From Epiperipatus broadwayi (Eukaryota; Animalia; Onychophora), in contig JAQFVV010000003.1 in NCBI GenBank assembly GCA_028023455.1, positions 12,400,001 to 12,464,000 on the forward strand: DNA of 64,000 bases, in the 5' to 3' direction. Position numbers and translations under genes: made by a program. Position 1 is the first letter of the stretch, and each line of letters opens with the position of its first letter. The notes beneath the pieces are model-generated. The model worked only from the letters and a program-made list of their open reading frames with translations, was not told where the DNA came from and did not search any database. Of this stretch, positions 39,541-49,790 are shown one piece after another.

Positions 39541-39589
39541 CCCCAAGATGCATTTTGTGCTGAACCAGCACTCACTCATCAGTTGGTCC
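39541..39589 (-). ncRNA. Minimal hammerhead, probably inactive
   Basis: CCAA CTGATGA (gtga insertion) GTGCTG gtt CAGCAC aAAA TGCA TC TTGG: perfect 6-bp stem II, but G12A and a 4-nt duplication. Confidence 0.7.
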
Positions 39590-39756
39590 GAGTCACTATC
39601 TCTCATATATATCTTTATCGTAGGAAAAATATTTATCTATATTAAATAATTATGTTTTAAATTCAAGTGTCAAATGTGAGTTGAGTTAATTTGACACTGT
39701 AATTATTTAATATAAATATTTTTCATATAATAGATATATATGAGAAATAGTGACCT

Positions 39757-39802
39757 GGACCAACTGATGAGTGCTGGTTCAGGATGAAATGCATCTTGGG
39801 TC
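39757..39802 (+). ncRNA. Minimal type-I hammerhead ribozyme (Penelope-type), core intact
   Basis: CCAA CTGATGA GTGCTG gtt CAGGAT GAAA TGCA TC TTGG: 4-bp stem I, stem II with one mismatch, palindromic UGCA stem-III loop, AUC cleavage triplet. Confidence 0.8.
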
Positions 39803-41106
39803 ATTTGTCTTTTACTGTATCTTTACTTATATGAATTTAAAAGAATGTAATAATATTGAGATTATTTATATTATATATAACTAAATTATAAAGGGATAGT
39901 GAATATATTATTACTTATTATTGTTTGAAGACAGGAAAACAATACAAATCTTATTAAGGAAATTGTTTTCTGATATAACTTTTACAAGATCTTATTTGTA
40001 ATAATGCTTATTAATTTAATTTCTACCAAAGATAATAATAACTGAATTATTTATTTGTTGGGGTTTATCTTTTTTCTATATGTTACATTTTTACCACAAT
40101 TAACATTTTAAAATCATTCATTTTATTTATTTATCTACATTTTTTAAAAAAAAAAAAATTTTTAATCGCTAGGAGATGCAGCATAAAAAAAATATCACAG
40201 TAAAATACAACATGGATTCTTTTAAAACGAGGTTTCATTCAAAACCTTACAAAATTATCATGACAGTGCATGCATACTCATTTCAATTTACTTACTTGCG
40301 ATTTAAAGCCTATGGGGGGGGGGGGCATAATAATGTAAAATCATGATTTTGGGGGTGAAATATCATTGAAAAAAATGTTAAATATTTTCTTATTTACAAA
40401 ATTACTTTAATTACATTGGAATATAGTCATATTGGGTATTCATAAATAATAAGCTAACTGAAAGATTTCAGTATATTAATACCATTGGCTTTTATTTATG
40501 CGATCTATTTTGGGATTTTGTCATTAAGTTTCATAATTGTTGCTTTTTGGTTTCATGTTTTTCATCATAATTTTTCGTTTCTTATATAAATTGTAGCAGT
40601 TTATGCTTTTTTCCTTATTTTGTGCATTTATTTGTATAAAGTTTGTTTATTATACTGAAAGTTAAATGCCAATAGATGTTTCTTTTGAAAAATTAGTCAA
40701 TTATATATTTCTAAAACAGAGCCACTTAAAAATATAAATCTCATGGGAATATGCAGATTGGCTCAAAAGTAGGTTTCATTTGATGCAATCACTTTTCCAT
40801 CCTTTAATGACATGCATAGTATTTCTAATTTTTTTTTTTAATTTTTAACTCAAGGCTTCAAGAATAAAAAAGTAATGATGGAGACAAGCTTACTAGGTTT
40901 GTAGTCTTTAGTTATAATATTTGCTCAAGGCAGTACAATCACTAATGAATCAAATAGTCAAAATAAGAGTCATATATCACATGACCCTATCTCTTAAGCT
41001 TGTAAGTTATAACCAATGAGAATTGCCAATTCCTCTACAAGCTTTATGATAAATGATTAGCCAGAGCCAGCACTTAAAATATCTCTGTCAGGAATCCCTC
41101 CCCAAA

Positions 41107-41147
41107 CCCCTGACTACGGTTTCATGCTTTGGCACTCCTCGGAGAGG
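41107..41147 (-). ncRNA. Minimal hammerhead with U4C core variant (opposite arm)
   Basis: CCTCT CCGAGGA GTGC caaa GCAT GAAA C cgta G TC AGGGG. Confidence 0.68.
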
Positions 41148-41329
41148 TGTCAGGGTAGGTTCAGACACTAGATCTATCAGCCCCATATAGCTATTTGAGT
41201 TGGATAGCTGGGTTTGAAGATAGGTAAATGTCTGAAAATTTCAGATTTTCCACTCAATAGATAACTTTTAGATAAGTGCTTGGCTTTGGGTTGGTATTTT
41301 TAGATCTAGTGTCTGAACCTACCCTGACA

Positions 41330-41370
41330 CCTCTCCGAGGAGTGCCAAAGCAAGAAACCATGGTCAGGGG
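41330..41370 (+). ncRNA. Minimal hammerhead with U4C core variant
   Basis: CCTCT CCGAGGA g TGC caaa GCA a GAAA C CATG G TC AGGGG: 5-bp stem I, 2-bp stem III with palindromic CAUG loop, GUC triplet. Confidence 0.7.
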
Positions 41371-41594
41371 TTTGGGGAAGGGTTCCTGACAGAGATATTT
41401 TAATTGCTGGCTCTGGCTAAGCATTTATCATAAAGCTTGTAGAGGAATTGGAAATCCTCATTGTTTATAACTTACAAGCTTACGAGATAGGGTCATGTGA
41501 TATATGACTTGTTTTGACTATTTATAGTCTCTGCCATAAGTCTTATGCAATTTTATATTGCTAAGACTACTAGTACTGTATATGGTGTGGCTGA

Positions 41595-41699
41595 AGATCT
41601 ATCAGCCCCATATAGCTACTTGAGTTGGATAGCTGGGTTTGAAGACATGTAGATGTCTGAAAATTTCAGATTTTCCACTCAATAGATAGCTTTTAGATA
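41595..41699 (+). repeat. 105-bp direct copy of the fold-back loop (41170-41274)
   Basis: agatctatcagccccatatagcta...tcaatagata(a/g)cttttagata; 5 differences counted by eye. Confidence 0.93.
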
Positions 41700-41991
41700 T
41701 TTACTAATGAATCAGCTTGGAACTGGATTTCAGAAAGGAATTTCAGCTGTCAAAGATTGTATGTTTAGATAGCCTATTTAGAGTTCCTTAGCACATCATG
41801 GAAGTGTAATGAATCTAGTATTTCACACAACCTGGTTACACAACCTGGTTATGTTGTTTTTTTTCTGGTGGATTACTTATTAAAGCAATAGAAATAATAT
41901 TTATTAATAGTAATGGTTTAGCGGAAGGCAATGATTAGTATTAAAGCTAAGTATTACAGATCAGTTTTTTTCTTATTAAATATATATATAT

Positions 41992-43050
41992 ATGGAAAGA
42001 GCAATCTTTAAAAAACCAGAATAGAGGACAGCACTGGTGGATAAGGAGTTGACAATGGAGAGAACAATAGAAAGACTAGGAAGAGGGGTAGAGATACCAT
42101 TAATAGGTGGCAAGCGAGCATATACATTATCGGGTCTTTTATTTGCAGATGATTTCTTGTGCACAAAAAGAAGGGAAGATATGGAAGTTATGCTAAAGAC
42201 ATGCGAAATAGTGGGTAAAGAGATGGGGATTAAATTTATTGAAGAAAAATCAAAAGTAATGATGATTAATACTGGGGAAAGAGAAAACAGAGAATTTTTA
42301 TTGGGAAATATAAAGTTAAATGTAGTAAATATGTATAACTATTTAGAAATTGTCTTAAGTAATCAGAGAAATTGCTTGGTTTATTGGGAGAAAAAATTGA
42401 TAAATGAATGAAAAAAAAGAATGGGACTGATAAAGAAATTAAGTGTTTTCATATAACAAATATGATGTAGCTAGAATTGTATGGAAGGAAATGGCAGTAA
42501 CAGGGTTAATATATGGTAATGATGCATTATGTGTAAGTAAAGGGATGTTAGATTACTTAGAAAAAGTACAAAGAGAAATAGGAAAACATGCATTAGATGC
42601 AGATCTGTGGATGGCAAAGGAAGCAATTCAAGAAGAAATGGAATGATCAAGTTTTTATATGAAAGATGCAAAAAGCAAAATGAAAATGTTTGGTCGATTG
42701 CAGTTTATGGATAATAAGAGAATAGCCAAAACCGTGTTCAATTGGGTTATGAGTAAAGAGCATGCAACAAGATAGGTGAGAAAGGTAGTACAGGATGCAG
42801 AATATTTGGATAAAAAATTTATGTCAGTATACTTATACAAAAAGTGATGTCATTGTGTTAGGAGAATTGTTGAGTGTAATAGTTGCAAGGAATGGGATAT
42901 AAGAATTAGATGCATTAATAAAGAATGGAGAGTTGGAGAAATGGAAAACTAGTATGGAGAATAAAAAGAATTTAAATATATATAGAAGTAAACAGAATAA
43001 TGAGCGGGGGTTAATTTATGATAATAGTAAGGAAAGTAGTTTACTGTTTT
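41992..43050 (+). pseudogene. 5'-truncated, decayed non-LTR (RTEX-like) RT and C-terminal region
   Basis: SGLLFADD, GIKFIEEKSKVM, YNYLEI, VARIVWKEMAVTGLIYGNDALC..LEKVQREIGKHAL..EAIQEEME*SSF; stops and frameshifts. Confidence 0.8.
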
Positions 43051-46000
43051 AAGGCTTGAACAGGATCTTTAGCAACAAGGGAATATACACATACACCCTC
43101 ATCTCTTCATTATTTTCTAATGTTATCTTCCAATGAATATGAGAATGTCATAAGAAAGTGCTCAGCCATATAATTTTTATAGAACTAAGAAACTTCTCTA
43201 TTAATACATATAAATGCATATATCATGTCTATTACATTTCATATGAGAAGTATAAACTGTTAACTCTTCATTGCACTCACAGATATGTATGTACATTAAA
43301 ACTCATACTATTTGCTATCATCCACAAATAAATTTCCATATCCTTGAAACCAAATATCAGGAATAGGAGGCGAGGTGACTCCTATATTACAGTATAAGTT
43401 AAAACATGTTTGCATGTTACATTATGTGGTAGTGGTTGTTGAGCAGCCTACATTTTATACTTTAAAAGGATGATTATCAAATATATATTGTCCTTTTAAT
43501 TCAGAAAAATAATGATGCTATGGATTGTTTCATGATTGGAAAAGTATATAAAAATTGGGTAAAATTTTAATATTCTGCATTAAAGTTAAGTATTTATCAT
43601 TAGTTTTCATTAAGGCATTTCTAGGATTAGACTATTTTTTATATGCCATGAACTGCATATGTTTGTTGCTATTATTTTATTGAAATGAGTATTTAATTTT
43701 GAAATTATACACATAATAAAACAATATATGATTGAATAAAATATGAAAGTTAACATCTTCTTAACTTAATTTACTAATAATTATTACTAAAATTTATATC
43801 ATGCTGTCAGTTGTCTCTTTGCAATAGGTAATCATTATTATTCTTTCATTCTTTCATCATTTTGTTTTTCCTTTCTGTGCATAACACTTAGATGAAAAAA
43901 GGCCAAATTATCATTAGTCTCTCATGTAACCAGTCATTTCGCTGCACTAACTGTAACAATGGGAAAGTGTATTTGTGCAATCATACTTCTATTCTTAAAG
44001 TACATATTAATTTTTCCCCTTTATTTTTTTCTCTATCTTTGTTTTTTTCTAAAATTGGATGGTTATAGTTTATGAGTATGATGATTATAATATAGTTCTA
44101 TGAATATGTTAAAGTTCTTTGTCTGAAGACAGCTTGAAGAAGTAGACATTTTTCACCATTTTATTACCACTTAAAACATTCTCTGCCAGAAAACAAATAC
44201 AGGTAAGCAGACAACAAAATACTGTAACTAAATAATGAACTTTAATCATATACTATGGATCTTTTACATCATCAAACTGTAGAAATTTAGTTTAATTACT
44301 GATTTTGTGTGTGTATGAAAAGATTTACATTTAATTACACAATCTATGTTTAAATATGTCCCCCATCTATTAGACATTATAACAGTGTCCATAGGAGAAA
44401 TATATTTCACTAACAATGAAATTCCACCATATTACAATCCTATTTTTAAAGGTTTTTTTTGCAATCAATGTATCTGATAGATTCATTTAAGCTGGGATCT
44501 TTACCTTCCAACTAATAATAGCTAGATATTTATTTATGGATTAATACTGGATGGCTATCTGGGATAAAAATTCTTAGCCTGCTTGTAATTGAAAAACTTC
44601 CAATATTCACTTGTCCAAATTCATATCCCAGGTAGTTTTTTCAGGTTACAAGCATTCTTGGAATTTTTTTATTTTAGATAGTAATCTATTGGTTATGCAA
44701 ACAAGACAACAAATTTGTTGGTAAGTGGAAAAGATACCAAATTAATATGATTTGTAAAGTGAGTGCCATTGCTGTTGGTTGTAAAAATATGATTGTACTT
44801 AGTTGCTTCCTTCATCATTGACTCATTCAGAATACAGATAATTTAATCATGGTATTTTTTATATGGAAAAAATAATCAGAAGTTTCTTACAAAAATTTGC
44901 CATCCATTAATAACATTTGTTGTCATTTATTTAAAATAAAGACAAATATTAAAAACTGACAGTTTTTGCCTTGGAAAAATAAAAAATACTCCAATGACTT
45001 ATCAGCCAATAATAGATATTTCTGAACATTTTCCATCTGAATTCAAATTCAACTTATGGGCATGGGAGGCAAATGTGATATCAGTGTGTCATGAGACTCT
45101 TCATTTATGTATATTTATTTAATTTCAATTATGCATTTTCATAATTTATAATCTAGAAATCAATTATGATGGGGTTTGCAAAGAATCAAAAAAAGTGGAG
45201 TTTTACTTTGTAAATCATAAAGATCAATTATATTTTCAAATTCTTTTGTGATTTTTAAATTATTCTATATATTGTAACAAAATAAAGAAAGATGTATCTA
45301 ATGTATGGATTTGAAATCAACTATCCAGGTCCAACAATTGACTTGCAAAATATGGAACTGAATCCTCTGAAGTTATAGTTTGTTCAATTATGCCCCATTT
45401 GGGAATGCTAAATATATAACAAAATAGTTAGAATAAATCCATCTAAGAAATAAAGCTTGGAAAAATAAAATTTTCAAAATAAAAATAGCTTTGTATATGT
45501 AATAATGAATAATATAATATTGAATAAATATAATGTCACATGAAATTTATATGGTAGCTACAGGGCAGTTCAATTATTATTTAAAATAAACTTGATAAGT
45601 TTCACGTGACATTATATATATATATATATAACCATTAGAAACCAGTCAACACTTAGACGATCCCAATATAGATAACAATCAACAATTTCAAACTGTTGTC
45701 AAGGCAATCTCCTTTTAACAATAAAGATGGAACCCACCATTTATAGTCCCATATATTTATATAGACACTAAATATTGCAGCTTGACCACAGAGATTGAAA
45801 TTATTGATACAAAGAAGTTTAAATAAACCTCCTTAAACAAGCAAATATATACATAACAATTATTATCCCATGAGAATACCACAATTTAATTTCTTAGACT
45901 GATCAATTACATTATGATGTAAAATCTTTCCCTCAAAACTACAATCTCTGTTCATATATCCAGGGTACTTAGCTCAATTCTTAAAACATAAAACAAATCA

Positions 46001-46529
46001 TGGATCACACAATCATATTTGTATATAATGCATGAACAGAATAAAAACATTCCAGAGAATAAAAGATTGATATAAACCCAAAATATATTTACAATAATAA
46101 TTTAATAATCCAAATTAAAAATGCAATTAATAATAATTCAAATGGGGATAGTATAAATACAAACATACGCACGCACACACACACACACACATATATAATG
46201 TAATCAATATGTTATCATATGAGTATCATTTCCATCAAATTTTATTACAAAAAAGTTAATATTCTAAATCTAACTTACCAATGCATTACTTTTAATATAT
46301 AGGTATAACACATATCTTCATACATTCAATCAAATTTATTAATTTACCAGAAAATATTAATAATTAAAATCAAAATAATAGTAATCAATATTAGAATATG
46401 CAATTCCAAATTAATAATATGATACAATTAAATATTGGGCTTTTAGAATCAAAAAAATCTTTCATGAAAAATATACATAAATTTAGATTTATCTTTCTGT
46501 CAAATATATGCATACATTTTACCTGATTT

Positions 46530-46960
46530 ATTGTATGGTAATGAAAACTGAACACTATTGATGCAATATAAAAGCATTAGAGAAGTTTCATTTAAGGATT
46601 CTCTGTAAAATCTAAAAATACAATGGCAAGATCATAAAAACCAATCAGTATATTCTTCAACTTGCTGGATCTCATATTATAGAGTCTACTATAGTAAAAA
46701 TCACGTTTGTGGGATTGGAAGTGTAAAATAAATGAACACAAGATTTCCTAAAAGAATATTTGTCGGTGGAAGAGATAAACTTCTTTTATATTATAAGAAT
46801 TATTTCAATGACATTCTAAACAAATGTAATGCTGATTGTTTTCAATGGAAAAATATAACAGAATATAATATATTGGAGAGCTACAATTAGACATGGTGTT
46901 AACTATTTAAGATAGCAAAGTTTTCTGCTGAAAAAATTAACAGACACTATCATAAACTAT
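46530..46960 (+). pseudogene. Decayed 3' fragment of RTE/BovB-type LINE
   Basis: YGNEN*TL..KALEKFHLRILCKI*KIQWQDHKTNQYILQLAG..IESTIVK matches RTE LYGSETWT..LERFHQRCLR.IL.I.WQD..TN..VL..AG..SIE. Confidence 0.65.
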
Positions 46961-47996
46961 CAAACAAAATAATAGACCAGCATATTCTATGTGTGGACAT
47001 ATTAGTTTTTTATGGATTGGTTGTATGGTCATCGCAAAAGACATTTCTAGGGCAGTTCCCCCCCCCTCTTTTTTCTTGCAATTAGAAGAATCATAATCGT
47101 GGCTGATGTATGTATGTATTATTTTTATCTTTTTTGTTTATATTGAAATTTGAATAAATAAAAAGTATAAATTGTCTTTTATATTATATATAAAATAAAA
47201 ATATTTAATTTCTTAGAATATTATATTGTTTATTTGAAGATAACTGAAGAAATACTGCATTTTAAGAATCATTATTTCTGATATTAAAGTTTTCATTATT
47301 ATTATAACGCATAATTCCTTTATTATCTAACAAACTTTTCTTTTGTTCATAGCTGAAATTAATCAAATAATTATAAAGAAACATATTCAACCAGACAATA
47401 AAAGTAAGATGAATTACAGATAATATAAAGCAATGTTCTTTACTTTGCCTTTAAATTCATTTCCCTTGGAGAATTACAATTTCCGATTATTAATAGTCAA
47501 ATACCATTTTCTATTTTTAGTTTAAATGGTATAATTGATTAACATTGTCATTTACACTATATATATATATTATAGATTTTCTAGTCAAGATAGTATGTAA
47601 TAGAGAGTAAAGCTCAATAAATATCACATGACCATCCAGGTTGATAGTTTGCCAATAATTAATTCAGTAATAATTATGGGTATAATTTTTTTTCTTCAAA
47701 ATGCTTCAAGAATTTAAATGAAGTACATTTCCTTGATTTATACTATGGAAGTTATATTTTGTTACACAAACTAATGATGTGAAGAGCTATGAGATATCAT
47801 TGAATATGCTAAGAGGGTGGCAAGAAGCCACTGCAAAAGGATGGATTGGAATAAATTTCAAAATGCCCCCCCCCCACCTTTCTTTTGCTTATCAAAACAA
47901 CAAAAGATGAAACTTAATGATTTTTTTTTTTTTAATTCATACAATCCCAGAATTTTTATACTAGTTTTTTTTTTTTTAAGGATATATACATCTTTT

Positions 47997-48106
47997 TTTT
48001 TTTTCATATGTCATAGCATCGCCGGGATGCGAAACCACACCCGTCTGCAAACAACTACTTGCTTGCAAGGCGGATGCGATAACCTCTCGGCTACAAACGC
48101 TTGACA
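47997..48106 (-). mobile_element. tRNA-derived SINE with polyA tail and TSD
   Basis: Minus strand: A-box-like tagccgagagg, B-box-like ggtttcgcatccc, tail gatgctatgacatatg(A)n. TSD gatatata(c/t)atctttt at 47981-47996 and 48107-48122. Confidence 0.75.
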
Positions 48107-48392
48107 GATATATATATCTTTTCATTCAAGTGTGAATATTATTCATTTACTTTTACATTATAATTACATACTTCATAAATAATATCTATGGTAACAGATT
48201 ATCAATAAAGTTTGTTTTAAATGTAAAAAGTAAGTATAACTTATAAAAAATATATCAAATCAAGATGATAGTTTGATTACATCCAATATATATATATGTG
48301 TGTGTTTTAAATATCAATGCTTTATTTTTCTTTTAAAAAAAATATCTTTACAATATATTTATGAATGAAAGTCAATAAATGAGTAATAAATA

Positions 48393-48680
48393 AATAAGAG
48401 ATAATATATATATTAAATGTTTTTATTTACCTTGTACTAAAAATAAACTAAAAATTGTTTCTTCAAGTGCAATTGGGATTTTTAGATTTAACTTGAAATA
48501 AAAGCATGGAGGATTCAGACATTAATTAAGTCAATCCCTTGTTATAAAAAATAGGGATTGACTTAATTAATTTCTCACCTCCAAACCCCAGTTGCAGTTG
48601 AAGAAACAACTATTTTTTTTTGTTTTTAGTGCATAGTAAATAAAAACATTTAATATTTAAAAAAAATTATCTCTATTATT
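48393..48680. repeat. Fold-back element without recognisable ribozyme
   Basis: Inner perfect arms attaattaagtcaatccct / agggattgacttaattaat. Outer arms ..taaatgtttttatttac..tgtttcttcaagtgcaattggg / cccagttgcagttgaagaaaca..gtaaataaaaacatttaa. Confidence 0.8.
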
Positions 48681-48859
48681 TTTAACTTTTTAGTATTGGC
48701 ATAGTAAATAAAAATATAAAACTATATTGTACTCTAAAATGGACTTGTTACTTGTAACTGATATATATATATACATCACTAAATGTTTCTGCTATAAGTT
48801 AATATTTACATGTGTGTGCATAATTATATATACATATAATTGCAAAGAAATCAAGTAAT

Positions 48860-49075
48860 ATATCACATGACCTAATTTTATAAGCTTGTATTATATATAA
48901 TGAGCAAGTCAATAGCTCTTAACAAGCTTTTCAGAATATCCCTATCCTCAGACCAGTTTCTAACTCTAGCTGTCATCAGTGAGAGCTAGAAACCGTCTGA
49001 AGATAGGGATATTCTGAAAAGCTTGTTAAGAGCTATTGGCATGGTCATTATATAATATATGTATAATAAAGCATT
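48860..49075. mobile_element. Fold-back element centred on a hammerhead ribozyme
   Basis: Arms ~48885-48970 and ~48984-49073. The terminus is homologous to 40973-41045. Possible 7-bp TSD aagtaat (48853-48859, 49076-49082). Confidence 0.85.
48946..48984 (-). ncRNA. Minimal type-I hammerhead ribozyme, full consensus core
   Basis: TCTCA CTGATGA c AGC taga GTT a GAAA CTGG TC TGAGG: 5-bp stem I, 3-4-bp stem II, CUGG loop (one transition from palindromic CCGG), GUC triplet. Confidence 0.75.
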
Positions 49076-49243
49076 AAGTAATTTACTTGTCTATTGAAAA
49101 TTGTTTGACATTTTTTCTTTTTATTTGAAAAGAATTTTTTTTCTTAAAAAAAAAAGCTTAACAAAACTATATTGTAAACTAATTTTCTTAATTTAACTAA
49201 CAGCAAGAAAATCACCACATTACTTAAAACATATTGAATTTCT

Positions 49244-49790
49244 AAGAACAATTTTTAAATTTGATATTAAAATATTCAAACCCTCCCCCATTCTTCCATA
49301 TCTATGAAACTAGGTCATCTACCTAAAATATTATTGTGCCCTATCACTTTAATACAGATTTTTAAAATATATACAAAATTTCAACAAATTATATTGAATT
49401 TAAATCTATTAAACCTGATTTTAAAATATTATAACTTTAAATTGAAAACAACAACAACAACAAAAATCTCTATATCACCCCCTTACAAATTTACTTAAAA
49501 CTTTAAAGTTATAAGATCAATTTTTAAATTTGATATCAAAATTCAAAATGTTCCCACTCTCTGTTCCGTATCTAAGAAACTTGATCACCTACCTAAAATA
49601 TTGAGTCCCATATTGCTTTACCTGGTATTTCCTACTTATGTGCCAAATTTGAATCAATTTTATTGAATTTAAATCTATTAAACCTCAATTTTAAAATTGT
49701 ATTCTAATTTAAATAAAAGTGATTACAAAAGTTTATAAACAAACACACCAACAAACAAACATATATTCTAACCTAAATAAAAGAATTTAA
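49244..49790 (+). repeat. Diverged ~270-bp tandem duplication; second copy has DINE-1/Helentron-like motifs
   Basis: caatttttaaatttgatat..cctaaaatatt..attgaatttaaatctattaaacct occurs at ~49249-49425 and ~49518-49690. tatgtgccaaatttg plus an (acaa)n tract near 49738-49760. The family call is recollection only. Confidence 0.5.

Larger units (their letters stand above)
39452..39898. mobile_element. ~450-bp fold-back element with a minimal hammerhead in each arm
   Basis: Long inverted arms (39452-~39680 vs ~39688-39898). Hammerheads at 39541-39589 (minus) and 39757-39802 (plus). Confidence 0.88.
40952..41523. mobile_element. ~570-bp fold-back element (arms ~225 bp) with hammerhead motif in each arm
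   Basis: Arms 40952-41176 and 41301-41523 are highly similar. Hammerheads at 41107-41147 (minus) and 41330-41370 (plus). Confidence 0.92.

Noticed and set aside
44132-44201. Possible plus-strand exon (cag|...cag|gtaagc)
   Set aside because: Stops in all three frames and no neighbouring partner exons.
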